Below, piece by piece: positions 50,241-61,009 of a stretch of 64,000 nt of DNA. The notes beneath the pieces are model-generated. The model worked only from the letters and a program-made list of their open reading frames with translations. It searched no databases and was not told the origin of the DNA. Source of the DNA: Takakia lepidozioides (Eukaryota; Plantae; Bryophyta); assembly GCA_030704615.1 (NCBI GenBank), contig CM060734.1, positions 26,164,001 to 26,228,000 on the forward strand, written 5' to 3'. A program made the position numbers and the translations under genes. Positions within the stretch are counted from its first letter, which is position 1. The number at the start of each line of letters is the position of its first letter.

Positions 50241-53049
50241 TCATCCGGATACTGCCACACAATAGGTGTGGTGTCCAATGGAGACAACTGAGGTGGTCCT
50301 GGTGCAATCCCCGCACTCTCCTCCTCTCCTGACGGTACAAAAGCCTCCACCCAGGCTTGTTGTACCCGTTGATCAGCATCCTGCTGCATTATTTTGCTCG
50401 TGCCCCACAATGGAGTCTGAGCAACCATGGTAGGCAACTCCGCCATACCATACATGTCATCCTGCTCTCCCGGAGGTGGCACATCCTCTGAATGAGCGTT
50501 GCCCTCAAGCAACTCTCTAGGGCAACTCACTGCTGCTGTGAATGCTGCTAGTGTCGGCATCTTGCCTCGCTGGGCAACCGCAACTCCTCCTATGAACGTC
50601 ACAGGGAGCTGCACACGCCGGCCCTCCCCTGACTGCCATGCAGGCCTATAGGAAGCTGACTCCTCCCAAAAATCCAGGGTGAAGCCCATGGCGTACAACA
50701 CTGCCCCACCAACCAGGACATCGTATGAGACCGCGTCTGTCACAATGGCCTTGGCTCGCATTACTGAGCCATCTGTAGGGTGATCCAGCCATAGTCTGAT
50801 AGCCAACTCACGCCGTGTCATGCCCCGAGCCTGCTCTGATCCTCCTAGAGACGTCTGTATCTGGAAAGGACAAGGCTTCATATCCGCATCCGTGAGGCCC
50901 AAGCCTGCAATAGTAGCTCTACCCAGCATCAATGGCTGAGCTCCCGAGTCCAACAAGACCCGCAATGGCCGGTACCTCTTGCCTGCCGGTCCACTCAAAC
51001 AGAAAATGTCATCCTAGTTGTCTAACATGACAACTCCAGGTGTAACCATGGCGCGCTCAATGGCTGGCCTAGCTGGCAGCTCCAGCTTGCCATGGCGCTG
51101 CCGTGGCAGTCTTGACCCTCAAATCCGAGGATCCCTCGAGCACTACACCTCCCACTATCTCCGCAGAAGATGAAGTAACCTCCCCACTCTCACAGAGTGT
51201 AGCTGCTAGCCTGAACACCTCAGCTGGTCTTACCCCCGGCATCACAATCATGGTAGCCGAGAACAATGGAGCCTGGCATATAGATGTTGCCGCTCCTAGC
51301 AGCACACTAGCTACCGTAGCCTTGGCAACACTAGGTAGCGGTGCTACCCGTGTAGCTCTCCCCAATGGCATAGTAACCTCCGCCTCGGTAACAGTTGGGC
51401 GAGAACTAGGTGCCATGGATGGCGTCGACACTGTCTCCGCCAATGTGAATGACTGAGGAAGCCTAGCCTGACGGCTTGCCTCCCCACGCTGTGGATCCAA
51501 CTCCACCTCTGCTCAAGAACTCGTGCTGCACCTCGAGTCACGACTGCAGCAGACTCCACCTGCACTAGTGGTAGTGCTGCTCCGCACATGAATCCCATGC
51601 CTCCCATATCTCCTCCCTCAGGAGCAGGAGGTGGACCATCCGGCCTTGGAGGTGGTACCACCTGAGTTGTAGCCATGGCAGCGAGCCTATGCTCTAGCTA
51701 TTGAAGCCGGTTGGCCATGCCTTGGTCAACACCCTGACCTCCGCGTCCTTGGCCATGTTGAGCTTGCCCTTAGCCTACACCCCATGCCTGGCCACCTTGT
51801 CCTCTTTGGGCTGCTCCCCCTCGCCCCCGGCCACCATTGTTCCCTTGGAACTGGCCTGGGCGAAACTCGGGATGCAAACCATAACATTGGGCCTCTCCAT
51901 GCCTGTGCTTGCCACAATGCCCACACTGCAACTGTGCAGGCTGCCAGCCTTTTGCCTCCCTCTGGACAATCCTTTTTGACGTGGGGTCCTCCACATGTCC
52001 AACACACCACATCCGCCCGTTGTTGGCCTGCAAATGAAGGGAGAGACCCCTGCATCTGAGGTCCTCTCTGCCCTTCCCTGAGCTTCATCTGAGCCCCCTT
52101 GTTGCCTTGAGCACGTTGAGGTAGTGGTTGGCTAGGAGCACCACTACCCCGTGGTGTCTCCTTAGCAAATCCCACCATGACCACTCGTTCCTTCACCATG
52201 TTGAGCTCTATCCACTCTGCCAGCAAAAACACATTTGCTAAGGTGGGTTGGGCCACTTGTAGGAGAGTTGCATCCCACACCCTTCTCCTCAGCTCCTTGT
52301 TCAATATCCCATAGCAGAATTGGACTGCCTGAGCTTCCGTAACCCCTTGGGTTACATTTATCAAGCGCCTCATGCGAGTGAAAGCCTCCTGAAGCTCTCA
52401 GTAGGCTTCCGTTGGAACTCTTGCAAGCTCCGCAACTTCTCTGTCCTCACCCCTTGGTAGTTCCCTCTCAACTCTTCGAAGAACCCCACAACAGGGTTGA
52501 AGGCAGGCACGGGTACTGGTGCTGGTGCGGTAGTAGCTTGGGTGGACGTCGTAGCTACAGTACCACCAGTCCTACTAGTCCCACTGCTGCTTGCTGAAGC
52601 TGTCGGTGCAGCGGCAGGTGTAGCCACTGCCCTCGTGACTCTAGTGCCCGTAGTGATAGAGACATAGTCGGGTGACCAGTACATCCTCCACTCCTCGATC
52701 TCAACCTCATGCCCTCGCCTAAACTCATGGTAATCATCCATAGGCGGCCCCTCAAGGTGTTGAAACAGCCCCTTCCATGCCATGAAAGGTGTAAATAGTT
52801 GTGGATTGCGCATTTGCTGCAAATCACACCAACTATCAAACTCTTGGATAAAAACATCCAACTCGATGGTGCCCACCACCCCAGAGTACCTTCGTGGCCC
52901 CTTGGTAGCTCCATACATCTCCTCCATTGTGTCCCACAACAATGGCCACAGCCTGTCACTTCAAGAGCCATGCTCTATCTAGGCTTGAGGTTGAAACCCC
53001 AACTCAGAACACGCTCTACAAGTGTCGGACTGTCACATAAGAGCAGATC

Positions 53050-53460
53050 AGCCCCTTACCTTCTCTTCTAGTTCTCTAAAGCTTGAAAACAAAAGCCCAA
53101 TGGACTGAAGGCATGCTCCACACATGCCCCACTCTCACCACCAGAGAATCAGCCCATTTGCTTTCTTTCTTGCACCCACCAACCTGAAAATACACGCTTC
53201 AGCGGGCTGGAAGCATGCTCCACACATGCCCTACAGGGAAACCAGCCCCTTCCTTCCTTTCTTGCACTCCCAAAACTGAAAATACAAGCCTTCAACAGGC
53301 TGAAAGCATGCTCCACACATGCATTGCTCTCACATAAGGGAAGTCAGCCCTTCCCTCTTCCTTGCTTGCCCTCCAAGCTTGAAGATGGAAGCTTCAATGA
53401 GCTGAATACATGCTCCACACATGCAACCTCTTCACACAAGAGGTATCAGCCCCCTATCTT
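53050..53460. repeat. ~100-bp tandem repeat (4 units) in the retroelement leader
   Basis: catgctccacacatgc near 53112, 53214, 53307 and 53409, each followed by a cagccc motif. Confidence 0.8.
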
Positions 53461-54227
53461 GGTTCCTTAGCTCCTTGATGCTCTCTAAGACAAGACTAAG
53501 CACTCCACAGCCCTTGCCAAGCTCCTGAAACCCTAAGGCTTACATTTCCAGCCACAAGACACTCTTCTTGTGGTGCAAGAGCTCTTCTTCCAAGCTCTAA
53601 AACCCTAGGTGCACATTCCATGGCCTTGCTGCACCTCTTAGCTCCTGTTCCAGCCCTGCTCTTGCCATGACAAGAGCCCTCTCAATGCTGAAGCTTGAGA
53701 TTGAAACCCAATCTCAACATACTCCACAAAGTGCACTGATTTGCCCCAAGCCAAATCAGCCCTTTCGCTTGGTCTTGCAATCCTGCAGCATGGTGCTTTC
53801 ATCTCTGAAGCTGAAGATCGAATGCCAAGGTCTACCACCTTGTAACCCACATCGCCTCCACTTCTAACAACCAAGAGCTCCACGGTGCTCCTTGCATAAC
53901 AACCTCCACTCCAGGGCCTAAATCTGCCTTGACCCCTGGATTGACACTTGGGCCAATCCCAAATGTCAATATGTAAAAGCTAGCTATTTCCTAGCTAGTT
54001 TCACACGGGGGCTGCTATTTCATGAGCGGCATGAGCATGAGCGGAAAAAAAAAAAGCATGAGCAGACCATTGTGAGTCCACGGAAATAGGGTTAGGAGGC
54101 ACGGAAATAGGGTCATGTGAAGTTGGAATGTGGCACCAGTGGACTTGAAATGCAACATTTTATTGCAAATTTTGTGGCAAGCCACGTCTATACAAGTGTG
54201 TTCTAACTGTCATAGCCGGAATGGGCA

Positions 54228-57200
54228 CTACTCTCCTACACCCTCCGAGGAACTTGCCCCACCTTCTTCCTCATCCCCCTCATCCCCCTCATCCTCCGAG
54301 CTCTGTGATGCATCAGTTCCACTATGCCTCTCAAAAATCCCGTCCTCTCTTTGGGGGACTGTCCACCTCACCTCCTGGGAATCTTCTGCGTCTTCTCCCC
54401 CACTTTCCTCAGCAGAATCCAACACAAATCTACGAGCCCGACGGGCTCTAATAGCTGTTGCCTCCTCCCTCATCTTCATTTTCTTGAGGCTTGCCTCGTC
54501 TAAAATCTGCTGTACACGACTACGTTCGGAACACCTCCTAATGGACACCGAAGCAAGCCGGGCAGCATAAGTAGGAAGGATGTACTCCCTTTCTGGACTA
54601 GGCATGAAATCCCCCCTGGCAAAAAAAAGGCACGTTCCTCCTGCCCATGAACTCCGGTGTAGACGTCCCTCCGGGAGTACTTGGCATCCTACAGTAAGAA
54701 CAAATCCACTTGAAGAATGTCAATACCATCACAACCAGAAAGGGTTTTCAATGAAATAAGAGAGCGGAGGGAGGTGCCTCACAAAATCTGGAGGCAACTT
54801 ACAATGCCACCACTCACTCGTAAACCGGGGGCTCCTCGGCCTCGATCCCAACTTCCTCCCCCTGCTCCTTCTCGGATTTTTCCTCATCCTCCGAGGATGC
54901 CTCTTCCTCTTTCGGCAGACGTTCAGCCGCTGCAAATTCCGAGTTGTGGAGGGCAGTATCTGGCTCGAAGGCGAACACATGCCTGTCGGACAATGTCCCT
55001 GTCCACATTGAAGCACCTGAGGAACAAAGCGGGCGGTTAATAGCTTGCGGCATGCAATTGCAATGGGGCCAGGGGACAAACTAAGCACGTGAAGGCTTAC
55101 CCGTGCCGCATGTGAGGTCCAGAATCCGCCCTTGGACATCCGAGCACGTCTCCATGAGGGTCTGGATGAAAGCAGGGCTCCGGGTCCGGCTGTACCGCCA
55201 CGGTTTGCCTGTCTTTGTGTCCTTCGGCATACTAGAGTGGGGCACATAGTTGTAGAGGACATCGTAGGTTACAGGGTCCACAGCGGCATCAACAAGACGA
55301 CCGTCGTTGTGGAATTTGAACGTAGACCCTCTCTTCACAAAGCAATATGCCTCAAACACCAATGTCTGCACATCCAACAAAGAAGGGATCAATTCCAGGG
55401 TCTACTTAACATACACCACAATATGAAGTGAATGCAATAGATTGATAACTTACACTTTGGCCCTCTGTTCGCAACCCCTGCGTACTGATGCAGAACCATT
55501 TTCTGAGGAGGACCGGGGTGACACTTTTCGGTGTCCACCTTGCCACCGCATTCTCTGTGGTCTTCCCTCTCGTGGCAAGGACAACCACACATCCACCGTC
55601 ATCCAGAAGCATCCCCGCCAGCCCAAACCCGGCTTTCCAGTAGTCCTCAGTAAACCTGTTCCAGGTGGGCACACCATCCAGGCCCTCCAGCAGCTCCCCA
55701 TCTAGAATGTCGAGGAGAATCATGTCGCAAGCTCTCTCCACCTCAACCCCCCCCCGAGTGCTCTTGCAATTCGTGCTCACAGCCGTGAAGAATTCCATCA
55801 TGGCTTCAAAACCAGGGGTGTCTTTAGGCTCTGTACCGGCAGCCCTCTTCTTGGCTTTCCCCTTCTGCTCCGCCAGAGACTTGTTGTGTGCCACCTTCTT
55901 CGCCCTGGCAGCGAGAGCGTCAAGGAAGCTCTCATTGACGCATTGGATGATGGTTGGAGGTTCTAGCTTTGGCCTGTGCGTAAACGTCACCGCCGAATAC
56001 CGCCGTATAGGCTTGCCCTCAAATGCCAACTTCTTGGCAGAGCCAGTCCCACTCCGAACTGACTTGGGAACCCGGACGACCGGTGACTGGGTAGGAGCAA
56101 CAGCAGTCGCAGGACCTTGAACAAAATCGGCGTCGGAGTCACTCTCTTGGGTCCCCTCCTGCGCCTCCTCCGATGCCCCGATGGTTTTCTTCTTTTTGGG
56201 TGTTACTGCAGTCACCTGTTTCCTTGTCCTTTTCCTTTGACCTTTACTCTTCTCATGCAATTTCTCTTGAATTCCTGCCTGAGCAAGCTCTGCCGCTTTC
56301 CTGGAGTTCGCAAGCGCTTTTGCCTCTTTTGCACCCAACGGAGGCAGCGGAGCCCGGTTTCGTCGGAATTCAGCATCCAGCTTCAATTGAAACTCGGATG
56401 GGTCGAGCGAGCCGGGCGGAAGGTCCACATACCAAGGGCAATCACGCAAATGTTCCAGATGCCACTCCTTCACAATATCGTCAGTGTACATGGAGTCAGC
56501 CCCAGGGTTCCTCCATGCCAGGAAGAATGGTGGCTCGAAAGACAGATGACCTTTCTCCAAAAGGGAGAACTTACAGTACCTGCATTCATGAAAAACACAA
56601 TGAGGTCCGAAAATGGCTAAGTCCCTGAACGGCAATAGGCCCTACAACTGGAATATGGCGCCGAATTTCCACTTCAGGGCCACCCAGTCTAGGGACTTAG
56701 CCCGAAAATGGCTAAGTCCCTGAACGGCAATACGGCCTGGAACTGGAAAACGGCGCCGAATTTCCAGTTCAGAGCCAGCCAGTCTAGGGACTTAGCCCGA
56801 AAATGGCTAAGTCCCTGGACGGCAATAGGGCCTAGAACTGGAAAACGGCGCCGAATTTCCAGTTCCGGGCCAGCCACCCTAGGGACTTAGCCCGAAAATG
56901 GCTAAGTCCCTGGACAGCAATAGGGCCTAGAACTGGAAAACGGCGCCGAATTTCCAGTTCCTGGCCAGCCACCGTAGGGACTTAGACCGAAAATGGCTAA
57001 GTCCGTGGACGGCAATAGGGCCTGGAACTGGAATATGGCGCCGAATTTCCACTTCAGGGCCAGCCAGTCTAGGGACTTAGCCCGAAAATGGCTAAGTCCC
57101 TGAACGGCAATATGGCCTGGAACTGGAAAAGGGCGCCGAATTTCCAGTTCAGGGCCAGCCAGTCTAGGGACTTAGCCCGAAAATGGCTAAGTCCCTGGAC

Positions 57201-60200
57201 GGCAATAGGGCCTAGAACTGGAAAACGGCGCCGAATTTCCAGTTGCGGGCCAGCCACACTAGGGACTTAGGCCGAAAATGGCTAAGTCCCTGAACGGCAA
57301 TAGGGCCTAAAACTGGAATATGGCGCCGAATTTCCACTTCAGGGCCAGCCAGTCTAGGGACTTAGGCCGAAAATGGCTAAGTCCTTGAACGGCAATAGGG
57401 CCTGGAACTGGAAAATGGCGCCGAATTTCCAGTTCCGGGCCAGCCAGTCTAGGGACTTAGCCATTTTCGGAGCCCTGACTGGAAATTCGGCGCCATTTTC
57501 CCTAACACCACTTGAGGCCTCTAACATCCTGAAATGCCAGGACTTGAAAGAAAGGCAGCGCGTATGTACCTGTACAGAAGGCGCATTGCTGCTTTGTCCG
57601 CGTTCGGCTGGTCGGTGAACTCGTGGCTCCGGCGAGCATCTGCTATCTCCCGAAAGAATAGGTTGGTTTTGTAGAGCAGAAAGTACCTCGTCACATAGTC
57701 ACGTAGGCTCTCTGCTGCAGGAGATATCTCCATCTTGAACTGATGTGCTTGTGTGTCCAGCTGCTCTTGCGCATTCGTCGTCACCTGTGGAGATTGTCCA
57801 TCAGATCGCTTTCCTCAAAAAATACAATGAATCCACCCCCTACTAGAGTAGAAGCCCCAAACGAAGCGTGGGGAAGTACCTGAAACCACCATGTCATGCG
57901 GTTCATCCACATGTCGAATGTGGGGTCAGAGAGTTTGTCCGGTTTGGGGAAGCTCCACATGTCCCTGGTACTTTGGGAACCATTCCAGATTTGGAGCCAC
58001 CGGGTCTGTCCAACCACCCAGCATATTCGTAAGCGCCAAACACCACAAAAAGGAGTTGTTGCCACCACAATTTTGTTAAGAATGTATCACCTTTTCTGTT
58101 GCATCCACACAGGATGTGGCTAGATGATGGAGTTTCTCCAATGTCATCGTGGGCTTCAGAGCGCGAGAGTAGTGCTTCCCCACCTCCACCAGAAAGTCGG
58201 CACCAAGGGCGGGATCAGCTATGGCCACGTACTTTACCATCCGCGACTTGTACTTTATGCGGGCCCTCACCTCCGCAGCTTTGACATACGATTCGAGTTC
58301 CGGGAGGGTTGGATTCTTCTCCTCTGACTCCATGTAGAACCTCCGCGCATGTGCCAAATCCTGCTGTATTTTCGTCTGTCAAGAATGCGCACATAAGATT
58401 AGAAATCCTGCTCAACACAATTTCTTCTATTGGGGGAGGAGAGACAGATTAGCTCAACAAAACTGTCAGGAGCTTTACCCGAAATATGTAGTCCACCATG
58501 GCGTCGACGCTCAGCCTATACCAGGTTCTGTCTGCCTTTGCCTCCGACTTGCGCAGGAGGTCGGCACTGAGGGAATTGGCAAACTCTTGCACCCCCTGCT
58601 TCCCGACATCCTTCACTCGGAAGAGCATATGGGACAAGTTGGTGGCAATGAAGGCATTCTCAGTCACCCTGCAGTGCCACATTTCCATCAAACAATACTG
58701 AAATGGGAATTTTCATCATATATGAGGATTCGCAATGAAATGACTTCCAAATTCAAAGTCCAAAAGCGAGAGGGGTTGTAGCTTACGAGTTGATGTCGGC
58801 CATTGCAGCTTTGAGAAGACTGCGATCTTTGGGCCCCGCAACCTTCAGCACAACACAATCGACAGCGAAATGCCAATCGAGATCGTTGGGTGGGCTTGGG
58901 CAATGTGCTCCATCCATGCCAGGAGGCGATGATTGCCGTCCCACACGTAGAACATCTTACTGGACATGTGCTGGAAAAGAGGATCACTAGCAATCGATCT
59001 CTCGAACTCCTCATTTCGCGTTTGCCAATGGGGACCCCATTTGTCCACCTCATCGGAAGTGTGGGCACGGGAAGCTCCATGGTCGTTCTCAATGGAAACG
59101 TAAAAGGCGGCAGACCCCATTCGATATCCATCCCGGAAAGAGAATTTCAGCTTGTCGATATCGCCTGGGAGGGCAGGTCTCACCACCTGCAATGACACCA
59201 AGCGGCAAAGGGGAATTCGAAGCTTGGCCGGGTACACCATGCCCCCCAGCACCCTGCCAATGTTGCTGTGGGTTGCCTCCAACATCTTGGCAGCGGCCAA
59301 CTTCATATCCGCCTCAGACATGACGTCTGCTGCATAGGGATTTTCCGGCAGCCCACCAGGACCGCCAAATCCAGCCTGTATGCTCCGGGTTTGGGGCCTG
59401 GGGATGTCCGGGAGGATGTCATCCTGGTCAGAAACCTCCATGTCGTCCTCCTCAACAGGGTCAGCCACCTGCGAAACCACCTCCAGCACTCTCGTCGTCT
59501 CTACTGCCCTCTCCCTGGCTTCACCTCGAACTTGCACAATCCGTGCTCTTTCAGGTGTTCTTTCCTCTCCTCCACTCTCCACCGTATGGGTAATTGCGGG
59601 GGCTGCTCTTGCCCGCGATGGTCTAACCGGTGTGCTACTGCATCTCTGTGGTGTCTTGTAGGGATCCACCGTCTCTGTGGGTCCCTCGCTTACATTGGCA
59701 TCTGTCATTTGGGCACCCCTGGCCTCTTCAGCTGCCTTTTGTCTTTCCTCCTGGCTAGCATTCTGTCTCGTCTGTTCTTTTGCCCTCTCTTTTGCCCTCT
59801 CACGGGCTTTCTGTTTCTTACTAGGGCTAGCAGCAGGGGAGCCCTCCAGGACGACCACCTTTGATTGAGGCGAACTGACACCCTCGCGCGCACTGCTCAC
59901 TCCCCCCTCCGCAGCCCGTGACTGCTCTCTCGCCGGGGATTGCATGTGCTTAGCTTTCTTCTTTTTCTTTGCGTGGGCGGGCCCTACTGCATGTGCATGA
60001 ACAACCTCCATTGCCGGATCTGCTGTCCTCATGTTCTCACGCCCTTCACCTGCCATGCCGCCTGCACCAACCTCCCCAATGCCTACTCTGTCGTAATCTC
60101 GTTGCAAGTCCTCCCGTCCACCAACAAAAGGTTTAAGTTTGCCCTCTCGCCCCAAGTTGGGCGATTCAAACATGCGATGAGTTGGAGCTGTCGATGATAC

Positions 60201-60203
60201 CAC
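54228..60203 (-). CDS. Multi-exon gene: disordered N-terminus, ParB/Srx-like domain, helical region, beta-class N4C/N6A DNA methyltransferase-like domain, acidic tail (at least one frameshift near 58886; exon model partial)
   Basis: LRIPLCRL..VVRPAL..MFYVWDGNHRLLAW (~58915-59225); DMILLDILDG and LLDDGGCVVV (55580-55726); RSPAFIQTLMETCSDVQGRILDLTCGT|GASMWTGTLSDRHVFAFEPD, joined across a GT-AG intron at 55100-55017. Further gtaa donors near 58787 and 58478. Confidence 0.65.
56606..57500. repeat. Nine 95-bp tandem units, each with nested inverted repeats, probably intronic
   Basis: ccgaaaatggctaagtccct recurs at ~56607, 56702, 56797, 56892, 56987, 57082, 57177, 57272 and 57367. Each unit has ctaagtccct..agggacttag and aactggaa..ggcgcc..tttcca.tt. 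Confidence 0.95.
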
Positions 60204-61009
60204 CAGCGTGCCGGGCTCGTCGTCACTCTGTCATTGACAAAAATCGTGAAAACCAACATCGGTGCAAAAAGCAGCATCGCAACGAGCAGCGCAACCACCA
60301 TAGCAACAATCATGTAGCAAAAATGAAAACATAACAAGTTTAGGAAGTATGGAGAGCCATGCAACAACAATGAAAACAAATGCAACCATTGCCTAAGAAT
60401 GACATGCACAAACAGCCTTCTCCAGAGCTCCGGATTTGCACACGCATTGCAAACAATCTAAGGTTCACTCAACTATCTAAAGTTCACTCATACAGCAAAG
60501 CCAGGATGAAGATGCAAAAACAAAGCGAGGTAACAAAGCGAAAGCAAAAAATAAATCGAACAAACCGAAAGCAGAAGTGGCTTGCCTGAGAGTACTCGGC
60601 TTCAGTTGGCGCAGGTTGTGAGCAAGACACTGGAATCTCCTGCTGGAGCTTCAGTTTGGCCATGCGAGAGATTGGCCGTCGTCCGTAGTACAGAGCTTTC
60701 AACTTCCGCCGCGGTCTGGATGTGAGGTCTCTCTCAGGAGAGCCACGCCCTTCAGGCGGCATAAGTCCCAGCCAAAAAGATCTCCTTTTTTGGGGTACAT
60801 GCCTGGAATACCATGTTAAGCCAAGTTTAGCATGAGATTTAGGGTACGTGTCCAGGAAGCCATGCGTCGCCAGCCCGAATAATAACCGACGGCCGTCGAC
60901 ATTTATTGCCCAACTGCGCAATTAAATATCGGATGAAGCCCTCCATGTCGGATGAAAATCGACGTAAACAGTCCCGGAATTTCCAACGTACAGGTAATTC
61001 GGAGCGCTG

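Larger units (their letters stand above)
49160..53990 (-). mobile_element. Gypsy-like retroelement: Gag, two CCHC knuckles, aspartic protease and C5-cytosine DNA methyltransferase; 3'-truncated (no RT/integrase in window)
   Basis: Gag ORFs 52370-52942 and 51726-52373; knuckles CWTCGGPHVKKDC and CGHCGKHRHGEAQC; protease VLLDSGA (~50940-50960); DNMT motifs downstream in the same frame. Confidence 0.85.

Noticed and set aside
53970-54006. TG..CA short inverted segment as an LTR, and the shared string gtttcacacg(a)gggg also seen at ~25447
   Set aside because: No second LTR, PBS or TSD could be identified, and a ~14-bp match may be chance.
56606-57500. CRISPR array
   Set aside because: Whole 95-bp units repeat with no unique spacers, no cas genes are present, and the context is eukaryotic.
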